Counted from the first letter of the stretch, positions 1 to 9,714 are shown. The stretch is DNA of 64,000 nucleotides from Alphaproteobacteria bacterium (GCA_965237415.1 CBDEFM010000001.1:96001-160000), one strand, 5' to 3'. A program made the numbers and translations. Notes: a model not told the origin generated them from the letters alone.

Positions 1-523
1 ATACGTGCCGACGCCATGCGCCGCCGGGCCGGGCGGCCGTCGCGGGGGATGTGCCCAGAGGTGCTGAGCGCGGCAGGCGACACGCTGGCACCGGCGGTGA
101 CGACGCTCCTCGTGCGGCGCGAGGCCGACTCCTTCGCGGCCGAGTTTCGCCATCTGATACGGCGCACCCACGATCCGCGGGATCGGCGCGAGGCGGCGCT
201 CGCGCTGCTGGCCGAGCGCTACTACCAGTATGCGCGCGGCTTCAGCGACCTGCTGACGGCGACCTTCGCGGCCGACTCAGCCCTTGCCGCCGATCTAGTG
301 CGGGAGGGCCGCTGCGTCCTGGCCTTCGATCAGGACAGTCAGCGCTACGCGCTACCGTGCTCGGTGGCCTTGCTCGAGACCGCCGATCCGCGCCGCGAGG
401 AGACCTGGTGGCACAACGCGCTGTTCAATCCGCAGCTCCCGCCGGAACGTGCCCGTCCTGGCCTTCGCCCCCCGCTGGCTGGAGGCTGTCGCCGACCCCG
501 CGCCTGACCGGGGGCGGTCATAG
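1..523 (+). CDS. Hypothetical protein, 5'-partial, probable frameshift near 445
   Basis: Frame 1 is open from the window start to TGA at 507. After ...WWHNALFNPQLPP the GC3-rich codon pattern moves to the +1 frame (NVPVLAFAPRWLEAVADPAPD..., TAG 521-523). Confidence 0.5.
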
Positions 524-604
524 CCGGAGTGGATTGCGGGCCGCGATCGAGCTATAAGGACTTTTGACTCAAAAGTTGGTCACTTGCATCCGGGAGGAAG
601 CCCG

Positions 605-1297
605 ATGGCCAGACTTCGAATGCGGGCGAACGATCCCCGAGAGCTTCCCGCCTACACAATCTCGGAGGCTGCCCACTATCTCGCCGTACCCGCAGCGACC
701 ATTCGCTACTGGTCGGTGGGCCGTGACGACTACGCGCCTCTGATCGAGGTGCCCGCGCACGTGCCGACGCTGCTCTCCTTCCTCAATCTGACGGAGCTTC
801 ACGTTCTCGCCGCCATTCGGCGCAAGCACGAAGTGAAGATGCCGAGCATTCGAAGGGCGATCCAGTACCTGGCGGCGCATGCTCGGCATGCGATGGACAA
901 GCGCCATCCGCTGATCAGCCGCGAGCTGGAAACGGACGGGCTGGACCTGTTCACCGAGCAATACGGGCAATTGATCAATATCAGCCAGGCGGGCCAGACG
1001 GCCATGCGGGAGATCATCAGCGCGGCGCTCCGCCGGATCGATCGCGACTCCGCCGGCGTCCCGATCAAGCTCTATCCATTTACCCGGACCGCCATGGACG
1101 AAACGCCCACGATGGTCGTCATCGACCCGAGGCTTTCCGCCGGACGCCCTGTCATCGCCGGCACCGGACTCGCCACCCAGCTCATCGCCGAACGCTACAA
1201 GGCGGGTGAATCCATCAGCGACCTGGCGCACGACTATGAGCGCGGGAATGAGGAAATCGAAGAAGCGATCCGGTGCGAGCTCCAAGCCGCAGCCTGA
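605..1297 (+). CDS. DUF433-domain antitoxin (VapB45-like)
   Basis: N-terminal HTH-like segment (YTISEAAHYLAVPAATIRYW); C-terminal DUF433 (IDPRLSAGRPVIAGTGL...IAERYKAGESISDLAHDY); GGAGG upstream of ATG 605. Confidence 0.85.
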   Translation: MARLRMRANDPRELPAYTISEAAHYLAVPAATIRYWSVGRDDYAPLIEVPAHVPTLLSFLNLTELHVLAAIRRKHEVKMPSIRRAIQYLAAHARHAMDKRHPLISRELETDGLDLFTEQYGQLINISQAGQTAMREIISAALRRIDRDSAGVPIKLYPFTRTAMDETPTMVVIDPRLSAGRPVIAGTGLATQLIAERYKAGESISDLAHDYERGNEEIEEAIRCELQAAA

Positions 1298-1682
1298 ACC
1301 GACGCTCTTCCTCGATCGCAACCTCGGAAGGCACATAATCGCGGACCGGCTTCGCGCCGACGGGGTGACGGTCGAGGTGCATGACGACCATCTCCCGCTT
1401 GACGCGCCGGACGAGGATTGGATCGCGCTCGTCGGACGCATGAGCTGGGTGGCGATCACGAAGGACAGGAACGTCCGTTATCGGGCCGCCGAGATCGAGG
1501 CAATCCGAAGGCATTCGGCGCGGGTCATCGTAATTCGGATGAAGAACGCGACCGGGCTGGACATCGCCGAGCTGCTGGTGAAGGGAAGGCGCCGGATCGC
1601 TCGCTTCGCGGCGAAGACACCCCCTCCGTTCGTCGCCGGCATCCATGGGAGCGGCACGGTCAAGGCTTACGAGATCGTCTGA
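1248..1682 (+). CDS. PIN-like toxin (VapC45 family)
   Basis: FLDRNLG, DEDWI and ITKDRNVR motifs; overlaps the 3' end of the antitoxin gene. Confidence 0.8.
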   Translation: MRKSKKRSGASSKPQPEPTLFLDRNLGRHIIADRLRADGVTVEVHDDHLPLDAPDEDWIALVGRMSWVAITKDRNVRYRAAEIEAIRRHSARVIVIRMKNATGLDIAELLVKGRRRIARFAAKTPPPFVAGIHGSGTVKAYEIV

Positions 1683-1708
1683 CGCTCGCCTCCGTCACCC
1701 CCTACGTC

Positions 1709-1740
1709 CCCTCTCCGCCCCTGGGGGCGGAGAGGGCCGG
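1709..1740. repeat. Partial palindromic REP-like repeat (CCCTCTCCGCCCC-T-GGGGGCGGAGAGGG hairpin)
   Basis: Identical to the internal hairpin of the repeats at 1833-1942 and 19321-19432. Confidence 0.85.
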
Positions 1741-1832
1741 CGGTAGAAACTGAAACTCGATCCACGCTGGCCGGATCGTATGCCGATGTCACGAACCCCC
1801 TCGTCGACACGCGCGGCTCAGCCCGCAGAAAT

Positions 1833-1942
1833 CCCACCTCCCCCTGTCCCCCTCCCCCGGAGGCGGAGGGGGAACGCAGGTGGCGCCGCCCGTTACTCCC
1901 TCTCCGCCCCTGGGGGCGGAGAGGGCCGGGGTGAGGTGGGGG
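1833..1942. repeat. ~110-bp cruciform intergenic repeat, copy 1
   Basis: CCCACCTC...GAGGTGGG termini enclosing two hairpins; near-identical copy at 19321-19432. Confidence 0.9.
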
Positions 1943-2039
1943 ATTTTATGTTGTAAAATAAGGGGCTACGCGAAATTGGGTTCGTTTTGTAATTTTTCCG
2001 TTTGCGCCGCCGACCCGCTGCTCCGGCGAGCCATCCGAG

Positions 2040-2432
2040 CTAAAACTTCCGATACACCCCGTTGAGGTCGGCCATGGGGTGGCGGGGCGACATCTGGAAC
2101 TTCACCAGCAGCTCGCGGGCGAGCATGTCGCGGTCCTGCTGATTGTCGGGCAGCTCCAGGTTCTCCGGCACCGAGACCCAGCCGTTGATATTGCGGTCGA
2201 ACACCGCCGGCCGGCCTTCCTCGTAGCCCATGTGGACGTCTTCCAGCCAGTTCAGGTCGGTCCAGCCCATGGTCTCGATATAGCGCTTGAGGAAGGGCGT
2301 GAGCCGCTGGTAATCCGGTACCAGGTTCACATCGTAGCGATAGCCGATGTGCTGGCCGATCTCCTTCTCGCGCTCGCTGTCGAGGCCGCTCTGGCTCAGG
2401 TAGTAGTCGACGTCGCCGGTCTTATCGCTCAT
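2040..2432 (-). CDS. Hypothetical protein (130 aa), last gene of the NMG-like operon
   Basis: ATG 2432 with GGAG upstream, 17 nt after the mgsC-like stop; GC3-rich codon usage. Confidence 0.75.
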   Translation of the reverse strand: MSDKTGDVDYYLSQSGLDSEREKEIGQHIGYRYDVNLVPDYQRLTPFLKRYIETMGWTDLNWLEDVHMGYEEGRPAVFDRNINGWVSVPENLELPDNQQDRDMLARELLVKFQMSPRHPMADLNGVYRKF

Positions 2433-2449
2433 GGCGCATCTCCGGGCTG

Positions 2450-3817
2450 CTAGTAGCGGTTCATGTCGGGGCGGCCGACGGTGTGCTGGGAGCCCGCGAG
2501 CGGCACCTGGGCCATGGCGGAGGCCTCCATGGTGAGCGCGGCGAGGTCCTCCGGCTCCAGGCTGTGGACATCGGTCTTGCCGCAGGCGCGCGCCATCATC
2601 TGGCACTCCAGCGTCAGCGTGTGGAGGAAGTTGTAGACACGCTCCGCCGCCTCGTCGGGGTCGAGCCTCTTGCGCAGCTCCGGGTCCTGAGTGGCGACGC
2701 CCACAGGGCAGCGCCCGGTGTGGCAGTGATAGCAGTAGCCGGCCTCGACCCCGATCTCGGACTCGTAGTCGGCCTCCGGAATGTCCTTGTTGCAGTTGAG
2801 CGCCATCATCACCGAATGCCCGATGGCGACCGCGTCGGCACCCAGCGCGAGCGCCTTGGCGATGTCGCCGCCGTTGCGGACCCCGCCGGCGTAGACGAGG
2901 CTGATGCTTCCGGTGGCGCCGAGGTCGTCCAGCGCCTTGCGCGCCTGGCGGATCGCCGCGATGCCGGGCACGCCGGTCTCTTCGGTCGCGAGATGCGGGC
3001 CGGCGCCGGTCGAGCCCTCCATCCCGTCGATGTAGATGCTGTCCGGGCCGGTCTTGATCGCCATGCGCACGTCGTCATAGACGCGCGCCGCGCCGAGCTT
3101 GAGCTGGATCGGAATCTCGCTGTTGGTTGCTTCGCGGATCTCGTTGATCTTGAGCGAGAGGTCGTCCGGCCCCAGCCAGTCGGGATGGCGCGCCGGCGAG
3201 CGCTGGTCGATGCCGGCCGGCAGCGAGCGCATCTCGGCCACCTGGTCGGTCACCTTCTGCCCCATCAGATGGCCGCCGAGCCCGACCTTGCAGCCCTGGC
3301 CGATGAAGAACTCGCACGCATCGGCGAGCCTCAGATGGTGAGGGTTGAAGCCGTAGCGGGACTGGATGCACTGGTAGAGCCACTTCTCGGAGTAGCGGCG
3401 CTCGTCGGGGATCATGCCGCCTTCGCCGGAGCACGTGGCGGTGCCGGCCATGGTGGCGCCGCGCGCGAGCGCGGTCTTGGCCTCATACGAGAGCGCGCCG
3501 AAGCTCATGCCGGTGACATAGACCGGGATGTCGAGCACCAGCGGGCGCTTGGCATTGGGCCCGATCACCGTCGTCGTTGTGCACTTCTCGCGGTAGCCCT
3601 CGATGACGAAGCGCGTGAGCGTGCCCGGCAGGAAGGTCAGATCGTCGAAGGTCGGGATGTTCTTGAAGAGCGAGAAGCCGCGCATCCGGTAGCGGCCGAG
3701 CTCCGCCTTGATGTGGATGTCGTCGATCACCTCGGGCGAAAAGATGCTGCTTCGCCCCAGAATATGCCGGTTGCGGCTGGGCCGGTTGGCGACGGCTTCG
3801 CGTCTGTCGCTGGCCAT
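2450..3817 (-). CDS. mgsC: FMN-binding glutamate synthase family subunit (N-methylglutamate synthase MgsC/GlxD-like)
   Basis: GMSFGALS, SGEGG, GQGCKVGLGGHL, IDGMEGSTGA and CYHCHTGRCPVGVATQD (3Fe-4S) motifs. Confidence 0.8.
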   Translation of the reverse strand: MASDRREAVANRPSRNRHILGRSSIFSPEVIDDIHIKAELGRYRMRGFSLFKNIPTFDDLTFLPGTLTRFVIEGYREKCTTTTVIGPNAKRPLVLDIPVYVTGMSFGALSYEAKTALARGATMAGTATCSGEGGMIPDERRYSEKWLYQCIQSRYGFNPHHLRLADACEFFIGQGCKVGLGGHLMGQKVTDQVAEMRSLPAGIDQRSPARHPDWLGPDDLSLKINEIREATNSEIPIQLKLGAARVYDDVRMAIKTGPDSIYIDGMEGSTGAGPHLATEETGVPGIAAIRQARKALDDLGATGSISLVYAGGVRNGGDIAKALALGADAVAIGHSVMMALNCNKDIPEADYESEIGVEAGYCYHCHTGRCPVGVATQDPELRKRLDPDEAAERVYNFLHTLTLECQMMARACGKTDVHSLEPEDLAALTMEASAMAQVPLAGSQHTVGRPDMNRY

Positions 3818-3855
3818 GGCGGACTCCTTGCAGGGTAGCGAGAGGCCGCGCTCGC

Positions 3856-4707
3856 TCAGAGCGCGATCTTCTTCTCGGCCGGCTCGAGGTTGTCGTAGTT
3901 CCAGAGCTGCTTGCCGGCGACGATCTTGGTCAGGTTGCCGACGCCGTTCGGCGCCTCCATCCCGTAGGCCGCGAGCTTTCGCTCGAGCCAGCCCGCCTCG
4001 ACATCGGTGATCTCGCCGGGCACGGCATCGACGCCGAGGGAGGCGATGGTGCCGCCGACGAAGATCGTGCCGTCATAGAGCGAATCGCCGAGGTTGGGGC
4101 CGGCGTTGCCGAGGATGACGATGCGTCCGCGCTGCATCATGAAGCCGGTGAATGCGCCAGCACGGCCGCCGATGAGGATGGTGCCGCCCTTCATGTCGAT
4201 GCCGGTGCGGGAGCCCACATCGCCCTTGCAGACGAGGTCGCCGCCGCGCAGTGCTGCGCCGAAGGTGGAGCCCGCGTTCTTCTCGATGACCACGACGCCC
4301 GCCATCATGTTCTCGGCGCAGGACCAGCCGACGCGGCCCTCGATGTGGACGTTGGGGCCGTCGATCAGCCCGCAGCCGAAGTAGCCGAGGCTGCCCTCGA
4401 AATCGAGCTTCAGCCGATTGAGGATGCCGACGCCGAGGGAATGCTTGGCCAGCGGGTTCTGGACCACGATGTGGCCGTAGCCCTCGCCCATCAGCTCTCG
4501 GATACGGAGGTTGACGGCGGGCCCCTCCATCTCCGCCGCGTCGATCGTCGCCTTCTTGGTGAAATCGACGTCGAAGCCTTCGGGATAGGTGTAGTTGTCG
4601 CCCTCTTCGGGGGAGAAGAAGACCTGCTGGGTGCGGCCGGCGAGCTGCTCCGCGTGCAGCCCCATGTCATGGGATTTGTGCCGGTCGGCGGGGCTCAGTT
4701 CTGCCAT
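3856..4707 (-). CDS. mgsB: GXGXG beta-helix GltB/FmdC C-terminal-type subunit (MgsB/GlxC-like)
   Basis: Repeated G-rich turns (GSLGYFGCG, GRVGWSCAENMMAG, GDVGSRTGIDMKGG). Confidence 0.8.
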   Translation of the reverse strand: MAELSPADRHKSHDMGLHAEQLAGRTQQVFFSPEEGDNYTYPEGFDVDFTKKATIDAAEMEGPAVNLRIRELMGEGYGHIVVQNPLAKHSLGVGILNRLKLDFEGSLGYFGCGLIDGPNVHIEGRVGWSCAENMMAGVVVIEKNAGSTFGAALRGGDLVCKGDVGSRTGIDMKGGTILIGGRAGAFTGFMMQRGRIVILGNAGPNLGDSLYDGTIFVGGTIASLGVDAVPGEITDVEAGWLERKLAAYGMEAPNGVGNLTKIVAGKQLWNYDNLEPAEKKIAL

Positions 4708-5651
4708 ACCTTGACCTCCCCCTCGTAGGGGTCCCAGGTGTCGATCTCGTCGGGCATGATGCCGCGAATGGCCACCTCCTCGGAGGCGAGGCCCACAAAA
4801 TCGTCGCTCTCGTAGAGCACCATGGGCTTGGCCGCCATCATGTCCTTGGCCATGCCCAGGCTATCCGCCGTCGCCACCAGATAGGTGAAGACGCCGTCGA
4901 GCTCGCTCACCGAGCGAACCATCGCCTCCTTGAGCATGTCGCCGTGTTCGATGCGGTCGGCGAGGTAGACGGCGATCAGCTCTGAATCGCAGTTCGACAT
5001 GAAGCGATGGCCCCGGTGCTCCAGCGCCCGGCGGAACTTCCAGTAATTCGTAAGCTGGCCGTTGTGGACCAAGGCGATATCGTTGAAGGGATAGGCCCAG
5101 TAGGGATGGGCCGAGCGGATATCGACGTCGGATTCCGTCGCCATCCGGGTGTGGCCGATGGCGTGGGTGCCCTGGAACCCGGCGAGGCTGTACTGCTCGC
5201 TCACGATGCTGGCGTCGCCGAGGTCCTTGATCAGCTCCAGCGCGTGGCCGAGGGAGAGGATCTCCGCCCCCTCGACATCCTCGATGTAGTCGGCGAAGCG
5301 CTTGAGCCGCTGCTGGCCGCCATCGTCGTCACCGGGGAAGCGCAGGCGGTAGCGGAACGCATATTCGGTGGCCGCGTCCTCGTCGAGGATCTCCACCTCC
5401 ATGCTGCGGATGCGCGCATCCACCTCCGCCTTGCGATCCTTGATCTGCTGGTGGATTTCGAAGCCTTTGCCGATGTCCTCCTGCTCCGCCACCTTGAAGC
5501 GCATCACATGGTTGTTCTCGACCGGAACGCCGTAGAAGGCGAAGCCGGTGGAATCCGGCCCCCGATGCTTCAGGGCCTGGAGCATCGTGGTCATCTCCGC
5601 CCCGATGTCGCCGCTCGATCCGCGGTGGATCAGTCCTGCTATCCCGCACAT
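4695..5651 (-). CDS. mgsA: Class II glutamine amidotransferase subunit (MgsA/GlxB-like)
   Basis: N-terminal MCGIAG, HRGPDSTG, GHTRMATES, HNGQLTNY, DSE. Confidence 0.8.
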   Translation of the reverse strand: MCGIAGLIHRGSSGDIGAEMTTMLQALKHRGPDSTGFAFYGVPVENNHVMRFKVAEQEDIGKGFEIHQQIKDRKAEVDARIRSMEVEILDEDAATEYAFRYRLRFPGDDDGGQQRLKRFADYIEDVEGAEILSLGHALELIKDLGDASIVSEQYSLAGFQGTHAIGHTRMATESDVDIRSAHPYWAYPFNDIALVHNGQLTNYWKFRRALEHRGHRFMSNCDSELIAVYLADRIEHGDMLKEAMVRSVSELDGVFTYLVATADSLGMAKDMMAAKPMVLYESDDFVGLASEEVAIRGIMPDEIDTWDPYEGEVKVWQN

Positions 5652-5674
5652 GGGCGCCTCGTCTTTCGATTTGG

Positions 5675-7144
5675 TTAGGGCAGGCAGTCGAGATAGGTCT
5701 CGACGTCCCACTCGGTGACGGTGGACATGAAGCGTTCCCACTCGTCGCGCTTGTAGTGCAAGAAGACGCGGAGCATCTCGTCCGGCAGCGCGGAGTTGAT
5801 CACCTCGTCTCTCTCCAGCGCGTCGAGCGCCTCGCCAAGCGACATCGGCAGCTTCTTCACCTGCTTGCCGGCCTCCATGGCCTGGTAGATATTGCGCTCC
5901 TCTGGCTCGCCTGGGTCCAGATTGCGCGTGATCCCGTCGTCGAAGGCCTTGAGAATCGTGCCGGCCATCAGGTACGGATTAACCATCGAATCGACCGAGC
6001 GGTACTCGAAGCGCCCCGGCGCCGAGACGCGCAAGGCGCAGGTCCGGTTCTGGTAGCCCCAGTCGGCGAAGACCGGCGCCCAGAAGCCGGTATCCCACAG
6101 CCGGCGGTAGGAGTTCACGGTCGACGAGCCGAGGGCGGTGAGAGCCGCAAGATGCTCCATCACCCCGCCGATGCAGTTGAGGCCGACCGGCCCGGGCTTG
6201 TGGGAGTCGAGGGACGGGTCCGGCATGAACAGGTTCTCGCCGCCCTTCCAATAGCTGAAGGTGTCGTCCATGCCGGCGACCGGGTCCTGATGGAGCGTGT
6301 TGACCCGCTGCTCGCCACCCTTCCAGAGCGAGACGTTGTGATGGCAGCCGCTCGCCGAGACCCCCATGAAGGGCTTCGACATGAAGCAGGCGATGACGCC
6401 GTGCTCGCGGGCCACCTGGGCGCAGATCTGGCGATAGGTGGTGAGCCGGTCGGCGGTCCTGAGCGCGTCGTCGAAGGTGAAGTTGAGCTCGAGCTGTCCG
6501 GGCGCGTCCTCGTGGTCGCCCTGAATCATGTCGAAGCCCATGGCCTGGGAATACTCGATCACCCGCATGAAGATCGGCCTGAGCTCCTCGAACTGGTCGA
6601 TGTGGTAGCAGTTGGGCTTGGTGACGCCGCCGTCGGTCTTGCCGTCCGCGCCGCGCTTGAGCCACATCATCTCGGGCTCGGTGCCGTGGCGCATCTGCAT
6701 CCCGTGCTTGGCCTGGAACTCCTCGTGAAGGATCCGCAGATTGCCGCGGCAATCGGAAGTCAGGTGCCCGCCCGGGTTCTCCCGCTCCTCCCGGTTGCGG
6801 AAGCAGGTGCAGAAGACGCGCGCGACGCGCTTGTCCCAGGGCAGCTGCACGAAGGTCTCGGGGTCGGGGATGCCGACCAGCTCGGATGCTTCCGGCCCGT
6901 AGCCGATGTAGTTGGAGTGGCGGTCGGTGAAGAGGTTGGCTGTCGAGCCGTAGACGAGCTGGAAGCCGCGCTCGGCGATCTGTTCCCAGTGATCGGCGGG
7001 GATGCCCTTGCCGACGATCCGCCCGGTGACGGAAACGAACTGATAGTAGATGTAGGTAACGCCGAGATCGTCGATCTTGGCGCGCACCTGCCGCACCAGC
7101 TCGTCGCGTCCCTCCCTGTTCACATGGGCTTCAAGATCGGTCAT
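5675..7144 (-). CDS. Glutamine synthetase-family ligase (putative gamma-glutamylmethylamide synthetase)
   Basis: EPEM, HEDAPGQLE, FMSKPF, SGCHHNVSL, NSYRRL, NRT, EYRSVD motifs; operon context with mgsABC-like genes. Confidence 0.8.
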   Translation of the reverse strand: MTDLEAHVNREGRDELVRQVRAKIDDLGVTYIYYQFVSVTGRIVGKGIPADHWEQIAERGFQLVYGSTANLFTDRHSNYIGYGPEASELVGIPDPETFVQLPWDKRVARVFCTCFRNREERENPGGHLTSDCRGNLRILHEEFQAKHGMQMRHGTEPEMMWLKRGADGKTDGGVTKPNCYHIDQFEELRPIFMRVIEYSQAMGFDMIQGDHEDAPGQLELNFTFDDALRTADRLTTYRQICAQVAREHGVIACFMSKPFMGVSASGCHHNVSLWKGGEQRVNTLHQDPVAGMDDTFSYWKGGENLFMPDPSLDSHKPGPVGLNCIGGVMEHLAALTALGSSTVNSYRRLWDTGFWAPVFADWGYQNRTCALRVSAPGRFEYRSVDSMVNPYLMAGTILKAFDDGITRNLDPGEPEERNIYQAMEAGKQVKKLPMSLGEALDALERDEVINSALPDEMLRVFLHYKRDEWERFMSTVTEWDVETYLDCLP

Positions 7145-7177
7145 CTCCGCATCCTCCCCGGCGATCGGCGGGTCTCG

Positions 7178-8521
7178 TCAGCTCCACGGGAAGGGGCTGT
7201 TGGAGACCGGGTGAAGGCGACCCTCCGCAAAGCGTGAGAAGCGGAAGGGCTCGAGCAGGGCGCTCTCGCGGCCCATCAGCTCGTCCGCAACCAGCTTGCC
7301 GACGGCGAGCATCTTGTAGCCGTGGTTCGAATCGGCGATCACGTAGCAGTTCTCGCGGAAGCGGTCGAACACGGGGAAGCTGTCGGCGGTGAACGCACCG
7401 ATTCCGCCGGAGGGCTCATCGAGCCAGCGCCCGATCTGACCCTTATAGCGGCTCTGGCAGAGGGCGAGCGCCGAGCACCACATCTCCCTGAACTCGTCGT
7501 CGACGACGAATTCCGGCGATTCCGGCCCGTAGGGGTCGATCGCCACGTCGGGCACCGGGGTCTCCACCTTGTAGGGGGCGGCACCGCCCTGGATGCCGCC
7601 GAAGTTGAAGTCCGGCTTGTAGTAGATGCCCCACATCTTGTCGGTGATCAGCCTGCCGTCCACGTCGGAGTAAAGCGGCTCGTCGGAATCGACGTGGATG
7701 ACCGGCGGCATCGACCCGTCGTCGGCCATGCCGAAGGAGGGCTCGACGGCGAGCGTGCCTTCCTGAAGGCACCAGAAACGCCACATATCGACATCGGGGT
7801 GGAGCGTGCCTTCCAGGTCCTTGACGTCGATCCGATCCGGCAGATCGAGCATGTCCCAGATGCGCGGCACCCAGGGGCCGGCCGCGACGACGACCTGATC
7901 GACGCCGATGCTTCCCTGGTCGGTCTCTACCGAGGTCACCGCCTTGGAGTTGGCGCCGAAGCCGAAGCCCTTGACCTCGACCCCGGTGAGGATGCGGACG
8001 CCGGCGCCCCTCGCCTTGTCCGCAAGGCCTAGCATCGAGGCCCGGTTGTTGGCGTATCCGCCCTTCTTCTCGTGCAGGATGGAGGTGATGCCCGGCGCCT
8101 GCCAGTCGCCGAACAGGCGCCGCATGTACGCCGTACAGTCGGCCTCGCCCTCGATGAATTCGGACTCGTAGCCGATCGCCCGCTGCTGCTGCGCGATCTC
8201 GGCGACATCGGCATGCATGCTCTCGGGGCTGATCTGCATGTAGCCCACGGAATGGTAGTGATAGGCCTTGGGATCGCTCTCCCAAGCCTCCACGCAGGCC
8301 GCCATCAGCTCGCGCATCGCCGGCTGGAAGTAGTTGTTGCGGACGACGCCGCAGGCGATGCCGGAGGCGCCGGCCGCGATGTCGCTCTTGTCCACAATCG
8401 CGATGTCGGCACCGCTGCCGTTGCCCTGCGCCTTCAGCCCAAGCGCGAGGTGGTAGGCGGTGCTGAGGCCGTGGATTCCGGCCCCGATGATCAGATATTT
8501 GACGTGCCCCGGAAGCGTCAT
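7178..8521 (-). CDS. FAD-dependent oxidoreductase, sarcosine oxidase beta / N-methylglutamate dehydrogenase MgdA-like
   Basis: IIGAGIHG Rossmann motif, GASGIACG, DSNHGYK; first gene of the operon. Confidence 0.75.
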   Translation of the reverse strand: MTLPGHVKYLIIGAGIHGLSTAYHLALGLKAQGNGSGADIAIVDKSDIAAGASGIACGVVRNNYFQPAMRELMAACVEAWESDPKAYHYHSVGYMQISPESMHADVAEIAQQQRAIGYESEFIEGEADCTAYMRRLFGDWQAPGITSILHEKKGGYANNRASMLGLADKARGAGVRILTGVEVKGFGFGANSKAVTSVETDQGSIGVDQVVVAAGPWVPRIWDMLDLPDRIDVKDLEGTLHPDVDMWRFWCLQEGTLAVEPSFGMADDGSMPPVIHVDSDEPLYSDVDGRLITDKMWGIYYKPDFNFGGIQGGAAPYKVETPVPDVAIDPYGPESPEFVVDDEFREMWCSALALCQSRYKGQIGRWLDEPSGGIGAFTADSFPVFDRFRENCYVIADSNHGYKMLAVGKLVADELMGRESALLEPFRFSRFAEGRLHPVSNSPFPWS

Positions 8522-8596
8522 CTGTGCGCTCTCTACCGCCGTAGATCGGCCGATTGTCGGGGGCGCACTCAAGCGGGCACCCTCACATTTGTCAAG

Positions 8597-8640
8597 CCAA
8601 TTATGGTCCGACCGGATCGACCAATTATGAACCAATATGA
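8597..8640. promoter_or_regulatory. Candidate FadR/GntR operator sites in the divergent promoter region
   Basis: TGGTCCGACC (FadR-box-like) plus three CCAAT(T)ATG repeats in an AT-rich intergenic patch next to a FadR-family gene. Confidence 0.45.
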
Positions 8641-8769
8641 ATGAATGGTTGAACGTTGCGTCGAAATTGATTAAAGCAATAAGGTCCACCGACCGGCTTC
8701 GTGACGTATGCCGTCGTTGCGAGGGCGATTGGGCCAGGGGTTGTCAGGCGGAGCGGAGTGGAGCGAAGC

Positions 8770-9510
8770 ATGCGACAGGCTGGCGCGATGGAGGCAGGAA
8801 GCATACGGCCCGGCGGCGAAAATATCGGTACGCCGCGGACAGCCGATTCGGCAGCAGACGCGATCACGGCCCAGCTCGCGCAACGAATCCTCGACGGCTC
8901 TTTCGCGATGGGCGACCGCCTGCCGCCGGAGCGGAGCCTCGCCGAATCCTTCTCGGCTTCACGCGGCACGGTGCGCGAGGCCCTGCGTTCGCTGTCGGCA
9001 CGCGGGCTGGTGGCGCGCCGGGTGGGTAGCGGCACCTTCGTCATCTACGAGCCGGACGTCGGTGAGACCGATGTCTCCGAAATCACCTCGCCGCTCGAGC
9101 TGGTCGAGGTCCGGGCCGCTATCGAACCGCAGATGGCCAGGCTTGCCGTGCTCAACGCCACGGCGCGCGACATGGCTGCACTGGAGCGCGCGGTCGCCGA
9201 GATGGAAGGCGTGGCGGACGCCGAGAGATTCTCGCTCGCCGACGAGATGTTCCACTTGCGGCTGGCGGAGGCCACCCACAATCCCCTGATCGTCGAAATC
9301 TATCACCGCATCAACCACGTCCGCGCCCACCAGCAGTGGGACTCGATCAAGGACAAGATCCTCACGCCCGCGCAGATCTCCGCCTACAACGCCGAGCATC
9401 GCGCCCTTCTCGCGGCGCTCTCCCGCCGCGATGCCGACCGTGCGGTGGAAGTCGTCTCCGCCCACATGGAGCGCGCCCGCGCCGATCTGCTGGCCAGCAC
9501 CGGCGGCTGA
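8770..9510 (+). CDS. GntR/FadR-family transcriptional regulator (FCD domain)
   Basis: GDRLPPERSLAESFSASRGTVREAL wHTH; DEMFH...ATHN FCD motif. Start may be 8770 or 8788. Confidence 0.9.
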   Translation: MRQAGAMEAGSIRPGGENIGTPRTADSAADAITAQLAQRILDGSFAMGDRLPPERSLAESFSASRGTVREALRSLSARGLVARRVGSGTFVIYEPDVGETDVSEITSPLELVEVRAAIEPQMARLAVLNATARDMAALERAVAEMEGVADAERFSLADEMFHLRLAEATHNPLIVEIYHRINHVRAHQQWDSIKDKILTPAQISAYNAEHRALLAALSRRDADRAVEVVSAHMERARADLLASTGG

Positions 9511-9714
9511 ACCGCCCCGCCAACAACGGGCGCGGATACTGCGGGGCATCCCCGGGCAATTTCGGGATGAGCCTTCGCGGCGATTGTGTTTAGATTGGCA
9601 GGATGATCGCCTCCGTAACGATTCGGAGAGCGCTTGGCGCGTCATGACCGTTAGTTGCCGCCTGCACGGGGCTGGACGCGGGCCCCACCGCGCGGCGCCA
9701 CAGGGGAGACGACC

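Noticed and set aside
9596-9610. Sigma-54 promoter TGGCAGGATGATCGC upstream of the ABC operon
   Set aside because: GG/GC spacing is right but two consensus positions mismatch and no enhancer-binding protein is nearby; too weak to call.
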